Below, piece by piece: positions 36,791 through 50,460 of a DNA stretch of 64,000 nt; the first letter of the stretch is position 1; the number at the start of each line of letters is the position of its first letter. A model generated the notes under the pieces. The model was not told where the DNA came from. It saw only the letters and a program-made list of their open reading frames with translations, and did no database searches. Both the position numbers and the translations under genes were made by a program. Origin of the DNA: Geosiphon pyriformis uo1 (Eukaryota > Fungi > Glomeromycota); assembly GCA_016748015.1 (NCBI GenBank), contig JAAOMT010000058.1, positions 79,657 through 143,656 on the forward strand, given 5' to 3'.

Positions 36791-39700
36791 TATTATTGAA
36801 CTATTTCAGTTCTTGTTTCTTGATAAGGTCAGAGAGTATGATATATTGTTCATAGTTTGAATCTGAGTTGGAATTTGAGTTGGAATTATTGTTATTGTTA
36901 TAGCTATTTTGAATGGAGCTGAAACTGTTATTTTTGTTATTGTTGTTGTCGAAGTTTGAATCAGGGTTGGAACTCGATTCCAATTCTGATGCACAGCTGT
37001 TGATTGGTTCTTCTTCTTCGGGGATTGTGTAGATCATGCGTGGTGGTGAATTGTAGATGAGATCACAATCATCACAGAATTGGAAGTCACATGAAATCAA
37101 ACAGTGGTTACATAATTGGGTGTTGATTTCTTCCAAGTATTGCTCTTGTTTTTCTCTTATGGGTGCTAGATTCTGATAGTGTTCATGGAATTCTTCTGGG
37201 CTGTTTTCTAAGTCAATAAAGGCATCCGGGTTGAGAACCAAAACAATGTCTGTTGGTTCTGGAGGATTATTTTTGATCTCCAAAATTTCACTGGGTGAAG
37301 CACCTTCTACTTTGGCATTGGCCATTCGCCAGATCTTGTCTTCGTCATGTGGATAGCTGTTTAAGCGGAATATAGCTCGGTGCCATGCTGCTGTAATGGG
37401 CATACCACAACTCACCCAGTCGCTGATGAGGATTGTGTATTGGCACGAAGCATCGCATGTTCCTTCTTGACCAGGAATGTTGTTCCACATTCCTTCATCA
37501 AGTAATTGTTTACTACAAGTGAGACATGGTTTGTTGTTCTACTTGTCTTGTCTTTTTGGGTAGTCATATTGTTCTCTATGGCAAGGCTTGCAATAGTAAT
37601 GGGTTTGCATCTAGTAGTCTTCGTCTGGCACTACCCAAGCTTCCATTGAGGACAGTTTCTTCCCATAGTCCTTGCATTTGAGAGGTATATATGACAGCTC
37701 TTTTATTGGTTCATGTAAGTATTTTTTTTCCCAGCCACTAGTTATTTCTTCTGTAGTGGTGGTTTCTTCAGATATGTTTTCTTCTCTTTCTTTTCCTTTT
37801 TTCTTGTTCTTTTCTTCTCAATCTAGAATTGGTGGCATCTCACTTTGGTTGTTGTTAGTCCAAGCATTGATGATGGCTTTCCAGATAGGTTCTTCTCTTT
37901 GTTTCTCCTTTCCATTGTTGTTGTTGTCTCAGGCAAGTATTGGCAGCAGTTCATTGTAATTGACGTTGGCTCATAAGACTTGGTATGTTTCCCAAGTGGG
38001 TTTCACTTTTTCTTCCTTGAATTCAATAAGTGGTGGTGATGGCATGATGATGGACTTGAAGTGGCCACACATGACTGGTACCTGTGTGTGTCAACCATTC
38101 TGGCTAAGCTGAAGCTTTTGGGTGTTCTAATCTAAGGTCGCATTGGTTTTGGACAGCCAGTTGTTCCCAATGAGTGCTTGGTATTGAGTGGCTTCCATGA
38201 TGAGTACTTTGATTGGTACTATAATGCCATTGACTTCTATGGTGAAATTATCAATCTTTTTAATGGGTGTTTTGGTCGCTCTATTGGCTGTAATAATCTT
38301 GGCATTGGTAGCATGATCAACTTGGCAACCTAATTAATCCATGAGTTGTTTTGTGATGATACTGCCAGCTGATCCACTATCTAGGATCAGTTTGATGGAA
38401 TGACTATCAACTTTTGCATCAATGTACATCATGGTAATGGGTTCTCCTTAAGTGCTGCTCCACTGAACAAAGGTGAGTTGATGGTTTCCTCCAATTCAAA
38501 AGAAAAGATGGCTGCGAAAGATTTGTTTTTGGTAATCGTTGCTAGTGGAATATTGTTGGTAAGTGTTGTTTGGAGTGGGTTGGATTTCGAGTTGTTGGTG
38601 GTGGCATCTTTTGGGGTAACCAGAAGACTTAAATAGTTCTGAGAATTTGGGTTTTGAATGGAACCAGTACCCAGATTCCACTGTCGAAAGCCTGGTAATT
38701 GGTGAAAGAAGCTGGAGATTGGTTGATGAACAACTATTGCCAATCTCCAGTTTTGAGTGATTCTAGATCTTGGGTTTCCTGATGTCATTTGAATGGAGTT
38801 TTGGAGTGGTGTTTGAATTGGTTGTTGGGGCTGATAAATTATTTGGGGCTACAGCTGATAAATTACTGGTGGCTGTGGTTGATAAATTGGAAGTTGATAT
38901 ACTAATGGTTGATAGATTGGTTGCTGTGTTATTGGCAGGTAAGTGGTTTGATATTGGTCTTGATTTGGGTAATGATTCTGAGTCTGAAATCTGCAATCAG
39001 AGTTTTGATATTGATTTCCCAATTGTGAATTGTTGCTATAAAATCAACAGTTGGCTCTAATGTGACCTTGTTTACCACAGTTATGGCAAACACATGTTTC
39101 TGGCTGCCACAGCTAATTGGGTAACAATGATGATGATAATGTTGATGGATGTGGCTGATTTTAGAAATGATTCATGTTTTCTGAATTATTGCATTGTTGT
39201 GGTGGTTGATAAATTGCACAATTGTCAGCTAAGTATCCTTCTAGTTTCTGATTGATTGTATTACTGAATTGTTTTAGTTTAGAATCCAAGTCAGATGATC
39301 CATTCATCACTAAATTTACAGCTTGGGCATGGTTGGCTTCTAGCTCAGCTGCTTCAAAATCTCTGGTGTGGGTGATGGCAGTTGGGAGGTTAACTGGATG
39401 CATTGGACGTACTTGCTGAAGAATGCTACTGCACAATCCTCTGATGAACTGGTTCAAGATCTGTGGTGCTGTAAAGTAATTAGCTTGGATTGTCTGAATT
39501 TGGTGCAGATTTCTATGGAAGCATTCCAAGTAAGTGGTGACTGCTTTTGTGTCCCCTTGTTTGATGGTGGTGAATGTGTTGGTCAAGTGATTGATACTAT
39601 TGTTATTACTAAAGTATCTCAAGAATTCTGTTTTAAACTTATTGAAGGTTTGTGGTTTGGTGGCTAAGCTCTGATACCACAAGTTGGCAGTATCTTTGAG

Positions 39701-40868
39701 AAAATAGAGGATTGCTTGAAGGGCTTTACTATTATTCCATCTGTTGGCCACTATGGCTTTTTCAACGTCATTGAGCCATATTTGGGTGTTGTCCTCTTCA
39801 CTGGTAAAATTGTTAAGTTTTGTGATTGGTGCATAGGCCATTAGATCTAAGTTGGGTTGTTGTGGTGGTAAGTGAAATGGTTATTATTGCACAGATTGTT
39901 GGGGTGGTAATTGAAGTAGTGGTTGTAAGAGTTCGGCTATTGAATTAATCAGTAGTTGATCAATGACAATTACTGGAGGTAAGTTTTGTTGATTTATTAA
40001 ATTGGGGTTTCGATTATCCTGAGTTGGCGGTGTCTGAATATTCAGAGTTTTGATTTCTGAATTTTCTGGGTTTAGATTTTGCTGGGTTTGAAAATTTGGG
40101 GTTTCAAATTCCAGGTTTTCAGCAATTGGGTTCTGGTAAGTGAATTCTTAATCTTCAGCTTCTTCTTCCTCTTCTGATTCCGTTACTTCTTATGGATCAG
40201 AAATTCCGAAATCTGGAGGAGGCAGTGGCAATCAGAGTTCTGATGACATTGATAATCGTGAGTTAAATCCTTCAAAATATGCACTGTATAGTCCTAATAA
40301 CTCTGCTTTCTTTTGTTTACTTTGGAATGAGAATTGTTCAAATGCTGATGTTATGTTTGATGTGGCCATGCTAGTAGATGTAATATTAATGGTGCTTCCA
40401 GGTGTATAGTGGTATGATAGATTAGTTGGAGACTCAATTCTTGTTTTCTTTCAAGTAGGTGGTTGTATTTTTTTGGGTGTTACTGCTGGTGTTTGCAGTT
40501 TTTTTTTGCCTTTGCTCACATAAGTAATGAGGTATTTTTGCTGTGTATGATGTTCAATTTCTTTGTTGATTTCCATGATGATGGAGGCAAAATTGTGATT
40601 TGTTGGCAGGTTGGTATTTTGAATTAATTCACTGTAAAAGGCTTCTCTTGCCGATTCGATATTTACTGGTGTTTCTAACAGATAGGCAATTTTTTTGTTG
40701 ATATAGAAATTGAAAGTTGATTCTGCTGATATGTGGTTGTGATTTAATCCCAAATGTTAACAGTAGTGTTAAAATAAAGATTTTGCAAATCCTAGATGGT
40801 TTGCTCCTATGTTTTCTGATTCTGCCACTTTTAGATTTGTGTTGGTACTGGCTTTTTGTAGGATTATA

Positions 40869-40885
40869 CCTCATAGAGAGCACCA
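40869..40885 (-). promoter_or_regulatory. Primer-binding site, probably tRNA-Met (elongator-like)
   Basis: Minus strand TGGTGCTCTCTATGAGG, 2 nt after the 5' LTR. The tRNA identity is inferred from memory of elongator tRNA-Met 3' ends. Confidence 0.65.
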
Positions 40886-40887
40886 AA

Positions 40888-41758
40888 TATTACAGGTGGC
40901 TATTTCTGGTGTTGGATTAAATAACAAACCTGTAACTTGGTGCTCAAATCTAGTTGCAATTGATAATGATCTGAAGATTTGTGTTTGAAAAGTTTGTATT
41001 CGAAGGTTTTGGTTGAGTTCTTTGTATAATAGACAGAGATTCAATGGTAATAGTTTTATCCATAGCTTCCCGAAACTGCAGTTTTGTCAATTTTTTTCTT
41101 AGCTTAATGGCCAGTATTCCTCTTGGTAAGCTATCCTCAATCGAGTGTTTTACCCTTATTTCTGGGTCTTTTACCAGTCACGTTTATTCTGACATCAGTA
41201 TCCCACATGTTAATTCTCAATAGAATTAGTAAACAACAATAAAATCAAAGCAAGAAATAAAGAAAAGAAAAGAAAATAAAGAAAGAAAAAAAATAAGCCA
41301 AGGCAATTTGCAAGTTAGTATTCCATTAATAGCCATAATTAAGAGCTATTGTTCCAGTATGGTTAAGTATCAATTACTATCAACATAAAGTGTTGATAGT
41401 GGCAGTGGGTTTGAGATAACAAACAGTTATTTATTTGTGGTTTGGAAAGTTGTCCAGATGAAATTTAAACTGAGAGGTCTGTCTTTTTAGCTTCTAATCC
41501 TACTGCTATATATACATAATTGAGATTTCTCAATTCCTCAATTCTTTACAACAGGAATTCTGGGATTTTTGGAATCCTGCAATTCCTTTGAGAAAAATCC
41601 TGAAATTCTGGAATCCTGCAATTCTTTGTGAAAATCCTGTAATTCTTAGAATCCTGCAATTCCTGAGAGAAATCCTGGAATTCTACATTTTACTACATCT
41701 ACTTTTGATTGGTTAATAACTATGCTAATATATATTCCCTATATTTCTATGAGTAACA
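40888..41758 (-). repeat. 5' LTR of Gypsy family A
   Basis: Direct repeat of 31866-32775; the differences I compared are transitions. Confidence 0.92.
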
Positions 41759-43014
41759 CCAACTTTTTCTAAAAGAGTACCAAGATCATGTGCTGTTGTT
41801 CTTACTGGCAAAGTAAACAAAAGTGCCCTAAAGTAATTCCTAAACATTCAAATATTCCAATCTCCTATGGCCATAGCCACACACACTGAGTTCTTCCCAA
41901 TAAGGAATGACCATCTTGATGCCAATTGCTCTGCTTGTTCCAATACGGCAAATTCTATTACAGCCTTCTGTCACATTCCAATTAGCTGAATTTTGATTAA
42001 CTTAATATTATCAAACTCAGATACTACAGTAACAATCATCTTCTTTGGCATATTCATGGGAATTTCTTTAATTATCACAGTCCAATCTGAACAAATTTCT
42101 TGTTTTTTAAGATCACTGTTTATGATGATCTCCTTCTTTCTGGCCAATGATGTAGCCTTAATCAAGCTCTTCTTAGAAGTAAATGTTAATCAGATAATCC
42201 CTTCAAATTTTGAGGAAGTAGTGGCCTCTCCAAAACCATTAATTGTTGAAAAAATTTTTCTGATAAGTTGGGTTTTTGCTGTCACTGATTTTTTTTCTAC
42301 AGCTGAGATATTTAATGTCTAAAGTAAATGATTTTTTAACTAAGACCTCCATCTAAGTCTTGACAATTTTGGGATTAACCCACTTTTTATTCAGAGATAT
42401 TGAGAAACAAGGAAAAAGAGATACTTCTTCATTATTATTTATGTCAAAGTTGGAAGAACCAAATGGAAAACCAAAAACAGCACCAATATTGACATACTTG
42501 GCTTTAAGAGTGTTGGCAGCTAAATTCAGAAGAGATTCAACATTGATATCAGTTATATTAATACTTTTTTCATTACCAGACAGACTATCCATGTTAGAAA
42601 ACACATTATTACCAAGCTCAGACTTGTTCAGAGAGATATCTTTTTTGTTACCAGAGTGTTTAACATTTCCAAGCACAATTTTCTTTTTCTGTAAGAAGGA
42701 GCCACCTGCAGGATCATAAAAGGCACCTTTTGGTGTCTTCTTTTTAGACATGTTACTACTAGAAGTAGCTTCCAAGTTTACAAAAAAAGGATTATTAGAA
42801 AGAGAAATTGTGAAATACTAACAAGAAAAAAATTAAAAACTTTTTCTTCAGAAAAGTGCTTTTTGAGGATTTGTGGATGTAAGAGAAAAAGAAATTTGTT
42901 TGTTAATAAGTTAATTAATAAAATTGTAAATTCTATCTGTTTTTATTAATTTTAATTAATAAAAAATGTCTTTAATAATATAATAATTTTAAATAATATT
43001 AATTTTTTTTTTTT

Positions 43015-43800
43015 ATATTTAATGAATATGGTTCAATTACTATCTAATATACAAAAACAAATAAGTAAGTTCAGCTAAATATGATTCATATACTTATTAC
43101 ATATGATTGGTTATTTGAATTAATTAAGGCAGTACTATACATTTATATAAACTTTTATACTATTATCAACACCTAAAAAAAAACATATTTTATATAAACC
43201 AAAACTAACAATAAAAGACTTAAAAATACCAAGTAAATAAACAATTCTTACAAAAAAAAAACTTAACACACTATTTGAAATTATAGAAACTAATCCAATA
43301 TTACTAATTAGACAACTTTTTTTTATGTTTATCTTAAATATTGCTTTAAATAATTACAACTTATTTTAATACTTTTTAGCCAAATAATGAACAAAATTGA
43401 TTACTATTAATATTATCTTTTTTTTATTGCCAAAAATAGAAATTGCTTTATTAATTCAATTTTTAAAAACAAAATCTTTACATAAGACTATATAGATACC
43501 AATATCCAAAATTTCAGAAAAAAGTATATATATTACTAAAGATAACAATAAAAAGCAACTATTTATTATAGATTTTTACAGATTTATATAATATAACAAG
43601 ATTTTAGAATGTATATTAGTTTTTTTTGAACAAGTAAAAACATGATTAGACAATTCATAATTGTTACATATTAAGCATAATATACTTAGGTAATCTTTGT
43701 TATAAAGTTACTTTTATATAGTAGTTGGCAGTCTTCTATAAATTGTCTTTATTAAATATGTATAAAAAGCAACTAAAGTCTTATTTGTAAACCAATATTT
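43015..43800 (-). mobile_element. Heavily AT-converted 3' end of another LINE copy
   Basis: actatctaatataca...catatgattggttatttga...aaaccaaaactaaca aligns with 25538-25712; tagttggcagtcttctataaattgtc aligns with 26222-26247. Confidence 0.75.
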
Positions 43801-44863
43801 AATATTTTATTAAAATTTATACAATTTAATATGATTATAAATTAAAAATAAAATATATTAAAAAAAATATTAATACAAATTTAATTTAAAATATAAATTA
43901 TATAAAAATAATTTTAATAAAATATTTTAATAAACATATTTAATTTGAATTTATTAGTTAAAAAATATTTAGTTTTAAGTTTAAAAAAATATTTTTGGTA
44001 TATTTATAAAGTTAACATGTATTTTACAATTTATTTTAAAACATATTATAATTATATAATTTATATAGCCATAATTAAAGATTTAGTTTTTAAGACTTGA
44101 ATTAAAAAATCAATATCTTTAAAAAAATGTCAAAATAACACTCTTATATATTATTAGTTTTATTTATTTTGTCTTAATAAGTTTTAGAACTTGAATTTAA
44201 ATTATTAAAAATAGTTTTATTATTCCAAATATTACAAATATTTTGAATTTAAATATTAAATAATTATATTTATTTTTTTGGCTTAGCAAGAAAAAAAAAA
44301 TTGTTTTTGATTTGTTTTTTAAAGCTAAAAAATGTGTTAATATTATAAAAATAGACTTTTTTGTGTTGTAGTCTTAATTAGCTTAAGTAATTGATTACAT
44401 ATAACAAATATGTAAATTGTATCTGTTTTAGGTAGTAGTTAAATCATACTTTTTATTACATAATAATAAAAATCGCAATTTTTATAATAAATAAAGGATA
44501 AATAAAATTGTAAAAACTTACAATTATTGCATGTTTTTAATTGTAATCATTTATAATTTAGTAATAATTGATAAAAGTTTAAGTAAAATAATTTTTTAAA
44601 ATATTTTCAAAATAAATTTAAATGCATATTATAAAAAATAGTGGTTTTTTATATTAAATTACTTTAATAAAATTTGTAATAAAAGCTTATTATTTGTATT
44701 AAATATTTCTCAGCTAATACAATTTTTGATTTTATCTAAAATAAAATTGCATTGAATCCTTTCATCCAATGAATCTATCACACAAATCGATGGATATTTT
44801 GCATCTCTGGTCGCTGCTTAAAAGAAAATGTTTACAGCTTATTAATTACTGAAGTTGGCCTAG

Positions 44864-45894
44864 AAAAAAGAAAGTCAAAGTATCGATATTCATCCGAAAT
44901 TCAACAAATGATGTTCGTCTTTGGTGAAGTTTTAGAACCCAACCCCGTGACGATAATGCTCGTTGAAGATATTGTAAGGCCTCAAGTTGTCGAAATTGTG
45001 AGAGACTAATTTCTTTTGTAACAACTTGTAATTTCTCCTAATTATGGCGTCAGCTCACATTTTTTATACAATCATATGAGTTCAGAAGATTTGATTAGAC
45101 AGGACCGGGCAAAAGTAAATCAGTTAGGCACTTCTCTTAGCTAGAAAGATGTCAGGAAGAACGTGGCCTCGAAGAATAGTGGTGGACAGGATGCTGCAGA
45201 AGAAATCCTTGAAGAGCCAATGCAGGTTGATTGCTCCTTATAGATTTTCTAAAAAAAGTTTTTCGAATGACATTTCAAGAATGAGTTCAATTTATGACCT
45301 TACTGCCAAGATAAATTAGCCAAAGCACGTAAAATGAAAGTCAAATTATCTTGGGAGTTGATGAATTCTTTCTCGGAGTTTTTGAACGCGGATTTAGACC
45401 AAGAAGATGACGAAGAATTCCAAGCTTACCTTGATCCTATACAGCGTTTAAAAGTAAGGCAGATTTAGGCTTTTCCGTGAGTGTAACTAAACACTGAACT
45501 AATATATCTATAAATTAGGACGCTGATGAAATAACACGCGAGGAGTACGTGCACTACCCCCAAGCGTCATTTACGTATCGAAAAGCAAAACGTTTCCGAG
45601 AATGGGCAAACATGGCTGCATATATTTACATGAAACCAAATGACGATATAATCGATATCCTTGGATCTTTGACCTTTGAGATAGTCAGTACTTTGACCGA
45701 AATAGCCCTCCGAGTAAAACAGGATTTAGAAATGAAAACAAAATATATCATAAATCCCTCAAACGACCACATATTTTAGTTGATCGGGATGATGAAGACT
45801 CAAACACCTTTACAACCTTCATGAAGGATTTCGAAGATTGCAACCTTTCAAGAATTTCCGAGGACTGGCACGAACCAAGGTGCCTTTGATCTAG
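44864..45894 (+). pseudogene. SPT3: SPT3 (SAGA subunit) pseudogene with introns
   Basis: KYRYSSEIQQMMFVFGE...VEDIVR; RQDRAKVN..LS*KDVRKN (TAG in place of Trp); [15 protein letters not shown]; [11 protein letters not shown]; HEGFRRLQ. Several short deletions relative to the remembered Spt3 consensus and apparently a missing exon. Confidence 0.85.
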
Positions 45895-46373
45895 ATACTT
45901 GAGCGAGGGAGCTTCTTATTTATATCTTTACATAGACAAGCCATCCCAATCAAGTTGTTATATCTCATTCAAGTATATAAATTTTATCATATTTTGTACG
46001 ATCTGAATATCAAACACTTAAAATTAAGAAATCCAATCAAGTTTCCCGGTTAATCTCTTGGATGAAGATTAAAAGTTAGGAATTTAATATTTCATATGGA
46101 TTAACAGGAAATTATTAGAATTGACATGGAGTATGACAATAAATGTAGCTAAATTAATGATTTATATTTAATTCAGAGAAGTTTATTTAAGGCATTAATA
46201 GACTTTTAATGCAGATGAATTGTATCATTTCTTTCGATAACTCTTCTCATTAACACGGATTAAGGATTTATTCAACCATCAATTTCATGGTTTTTTTAAA
46301 ACCTGCTATAAAGTTTATAACTTTGTATCTTGTCGAACTGCAATATCTAATAGAAAAAGAATTTTAATTAAGT

Positions 46374-47965
46374 TCACAACATATTCTGAAATTTTGGTTG
46401 GATTAAAATATTACCTGCCGAGTTGGACCCAACTCTTCGATTAGCATACCCGACAGCGACATCGGGATTCGGATTCGAACGGTCAATTTCTATATCTAGA
46501 ATTTTTGCTGGAGGTTTAGTTTTAAAAGTGGAACCTTGAGACCCAACCCCAGAATTTCCGGACAAAGTATTTCTGCTCGCCGAATGGACGGATGTAACTG
46601 GAGGGTTATTGAGGCCTGATAATCCCAAAGAAGAACCAGACGTATTTCGAACATTATTTAGCGATGGAGAATTAATCGAAGACTCGTCACCTCGTCTTTC
46701 TGCAAGCGAATAGTGTATTTGCATTCTCATTCCATGACACAAAGCTTTTAGGCTTTGCATCTCTTCTTGTATTCTTAAGCTCTCAGTCATTAAGGCCACA
46801 TTCTGTCTCAGTTCTAAATCAGCGAGCTTAACGTTTAAATTTCCTAAATCATTTTTAATCTGCTCATTTTCAGAGAGCAAAATATCTTGAGGGATGGTGG
46901 AAAGTTCCCCGTTTATATTCACAGGAGTTTTCGAGTCTGGGAAATAAGACGGAAACATAACAGCTAACCAGTTGGTTAATGTTGAGACCTGATTTTGTAA
47001 ATAGCCAATAGTCCCCTGAAGTTCTTGAACTTTGCTTCGAAGCTGAAGATTTTCATGCTCTAAAGTATCAGTGCGTCCCTGGTAAATTTTAAAAAATTTC
47101 TGAAGAGATTCGTAAGTACATGATGGATTATGTATTTGTGATAAGCTAGCTCGCCGTCCCGTCCAAGTACATCCGTATTCTGCATAAGGACATTGTGTAA
47201 GTTTTTCGGGACAATCTTGAAGATGAGCTTCGTGCAGCAAAAGCGGACGTGCCGTATGACAATAAGGACAATCGACGCTTTTTGATGGGCATTTTTCCGA
47301 ATGTTCCTGGAAAATTATCGTTAAAATTATGTGCCTTCATAATCACAATGGTTAAAATAAATTTCGAGGATACCTCAAAAGTAGCAAATTGAACTTTCTT
47401 TTTACATAATTTGCAATAGACCAGTCTGGCCTGACAATTTTCCATATGTTCATCTAAATCCTTCTTTACAATCAGCATACGACACTCCTCAACACGACAT
47501 TTTAACTTGATGTATTCACACTCGTCTTTTAAGTGACTATTCACAAGTTGTCGCTGTCCGGTGTATAAACAGCCTTCATCTTTGTTGGGACAATATACTG
47601 ACAATTCATTTACCATGTTGGAAATGATTTTTGCCGCCGATTTCAGCTCGACTTGACTGGAAATTTCCGACCTATCTACGGGACAATTTGGTTTGACAGC
47701 TATAGCTTGAGATATGCAAGCTTGACAAAAAGTGTGTCTAGGAATTAAAAAGTAAAATCCAAAAACGAGAGGGATTAAAAAAAGGGAATCGAGCTTTTTA
47801 AGTTGAAAAGAATCAAAGTAAGAACTCTAAAGCTGATTACCCGCATGTATCTAATACAACCGGATCAACAAAAGGTGTTTGGCAGATGCAACATATGAGG
47901 TTTGAATTAACGTTCTCGACATATTTTAAAGAATTAAGGTCAAATTTCATGTCCATAGTTTCCAT
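46374..47965 (-). CDS. RING finger + TRAF-type zinc-finger + coiled-coil protein (putative E3 ligase; no MATH domain seen)
   Basis: Exons 47965-47841, 47737-47374, 47306-46374. LICCICQTPFVDPVVLDTCGHTFCQACI...CPVDR; repeated C-x-C...H-x3-C fingers (CPYAEYGCTW); heptad region. The 3' end is less certain. Confidence 0.85.
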
Positions 47966-48314
47966 TGTGAAGAACGAGTCGCTAGTTTTTTCCTGAGAAG
48001 CATTGTCGACAGAACTTGAACAAAATCATGAGATGATGAATGTCAAATGAAATCCCGACAGAAAACTTTAATAATTATCTACATCCAAATTGTTCTAACA
48101 TAATTAGATACACCCAATCAAGATTTAGGGCGTGCTTCATTTTCAAAATGTAGGAAACAATTTGTTTCTCAGTTATGGTTAAACAAGATTGAATTTGCAA
48201 CAATTTAATAAAATATTATTGAATAAAATTAAAACACAAAAGCTTGAAAAATTCTAATAGCTGAAAAGTATAATTATTATTAAATCAAAAATTTAAATAA
48301 ACAAATAAGACAAA

Positions 48315-50460
48315 AAATTTTTTTCTCTTATACGTCCAAAAATCCCCCAAAAAGAAAGAATTTTAAGAAGTTTTTGTTTTTTGTCTTTTAGCCTTCCAAC
48401 ATTTTATAAAGTATTAATATATTTGTTTAGAAACTAATAACTATTACTAATAACAATATAATTAAGAAAAAGTTTGTAAAAAGTATTATATACAGTTTTA
48501 TCAAAAATAACTTTACTCAAAAACCAAAAAGAGTTAATATAAATATAAAGAACTTTGATAATAAAAGTTTTTTCTTTAAATAAGTCTTTGTTTTTAGGCA
48601 GTAAAATAGCTGTTTTTGGAATTTGTGATAATATAAAAACTAATTCTAAACAAATATTAAAAAGATTTTTGGTAATTAATACTATGTTTAATGATAATAA
48701 TAAAAGTAAAACTCTTTTGTTTTTCAGAATAAACTTTTTTAATGCAAAAATAAATAAATAAATATTAATAAGTTAGATATATTACTATTAAAAATAATTT
48801 GTTAAAATATTAAAAATAAAAAATAAAAAATTTCTTTTTTTTTATTAAATTAAGTTGGTTTACTTCTATAATTTTTAATAAAAAATTTTATTTTTTAAAT
48901 ATTAATTTATTTGTTATTTAACCAAAAAACTTAAAAATATTCTTATTAAGAATTATAAAATTTTAATTCATCAAAATAGATTTAAAGCATTATTATTTAT
49001 ATTATTAATAAATATTATTGTTTATAATTTTAAAATTTTGTTAAATATATATTATTAAAAACCAATTAAAATTATTTTGCTATTATTTATGCCAAAAAAA
49101 TATTTTGATCTTTTATTTTATTATTTTTAATAACAAATTTTAAACTTAAATAGTTTTATATAATTATATATTTGGTTTAATTGGTAATTTTAATACAAAT
49201 ATAATTGATAAATTTTTAAGTTTTTTGTCATTTATTTTGAAGTTAAAATTAAATATGTTTAAAAAAAACATAAAATTATTTTAAATAAAATTTTAAAATT
49301 GATATTTAAGTTAAATATTTTGTTTAGATATTTGTTTTTATTTTTTTTAATATTGGTTTTTAGTTTGGATTTAATTTTGAATAAATTAATTAAAAAAGTT
49401 AATAATTTGTTATTTTTGAATTTTAAAGTTTTTAATTTGTTTATATCTAAATTAGAAAATTTAAAACCCAAAATAATAAAGTTTTTTAGTTTTTTAATAT
49501 TTTTTTATCCAAATTAAATATTTTGTTTTGAATTTTAATAATTAGTTTAATTTAAAAAATTATTATTTACAAAAAAAGTAAAAATTTGATATTTATTATT
49601 ATTAAAATAAATTACAAAATAAATTAAATTATAGATTATAAACAAATTTGAATTGTTATTTTTGGTTTAAAATTTAATTATTAAGTTTTAAAATAAAAAT
49701 TATTTTAAATAATAGTATAATTAAGTATATAAATAAAGTTTTTAAAATACCAATTAATATATTTATTGTTTAAAGATTATTTTTTAATTACAATTTTAAA
49801 TTTTTATACAAAAGTTTTTAATTATAAAATTAATACTATAATTATTAAAATAATAAATAAAAATTTTAAAAGAATAAAATATTAATTTTAGAAAATATTT
49901 AAATTAAGTTTATTATAATTAAAACTTTAATTTAAAGTAATTTTAAAAAAATAAAAAATCATTAATTATTTTAATTAATAAGTTTTTAATTAATATTATT
50001 ATTAAATAAAAAATATATAATATAATAAGTTTTTTAATACTAATTACAAAACTGTTTTTTATTAGTTTAAGTAATATTTTAAATATATATTTTAATATAT
50101 AATATAAGCAAATCAGTAAAAATTATTAAATTATAATATAAATAACTTTAAATAATATTATAAATTTTTAATATTATACATAATATTAATTTTTGAAAAT
50201 TTGTTAATATTTAAAAAAATTTTAATTCAATCTAAAAATTTTATTAATTTATTTATTTTATATTTATAAATATTTTTTTATAGTAAACAAAAATATTAAA
50301 ATATTAAATATAGTAATACTAATAAATTAAGATAATATTTAATTTTTTTGTATTATTTAATTATAATTTATAGAATTTAATATTGTTTTTTTATTTTTTT
50401 GATAATTATTTTATTTTAATATTAAAAGTTTTTTATTAAGTTATTAATATTAAATTATGT
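48315..50460 (+). mobile_element. 'Ghost' LINE copy (5' UTR, ORF1, APE remnants) reduced almost to A/T
   Basis: 5' motif tttttctcttatacgtccaaaaatcccccaaaaag matches the reverse complement of 42855-42895. 48987-49045 reads ALLFILLINIIVYNFKILL, the C>T/G>A image of ALLFTLPVRTTAHDLGTLL at 41770-41827(-). The right boundary is approximate. Confidence 0.65.

Larger units (their letters stand above)
31866..41758 (-). mobile_element. Full-length degenerate Ty3/Gypsy LTR retrotransposon (family A, ~9.9 kb) with dUTPase
   Basis: LTRs 40888-41758 and 31866-32775 (TG/TA...CA). Gag 39841-39161 with CCHC ~39060-39095; protease LILDSGS ~38370-38395; dUTPase ~36380-36790; RT ~35800-35000 ([13 protein letters not shown]); RNase H (TDAS) ~34930-34600; integrase (CDACQ, HPQTN, ERFNRTL) ~34300-33330. 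Order PR-RT-RH-IN. Flanks CTAG/CCAA are compatible with a mutated CCAG TSD. Confidence 0.93.
25500..42900 (-). mobile_element. Degenerate full-length non-LTR (LINE-like) retrotransposon, ~6.8 kb after removing two nested LTR insertions
   Basis: ORF1 from 42775 (MEATSSSNMSKKK), split at 41758/31866, CCHC knuckle ~31670-31705 (CEKCEKFGH). APE endonuclease 31000-30250 (TCNVKG, LTETK, GSDFNE, IDYVF, TDH). RT 29980-27600 (RKAYDSV, AFVDDT). RNase H ~26920-26400 (ELQAI, SQAA, KVKGHS). CxxC-H-C ~26130-26180. A-rich tail ~25500-25520. Confidence 0.92.
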
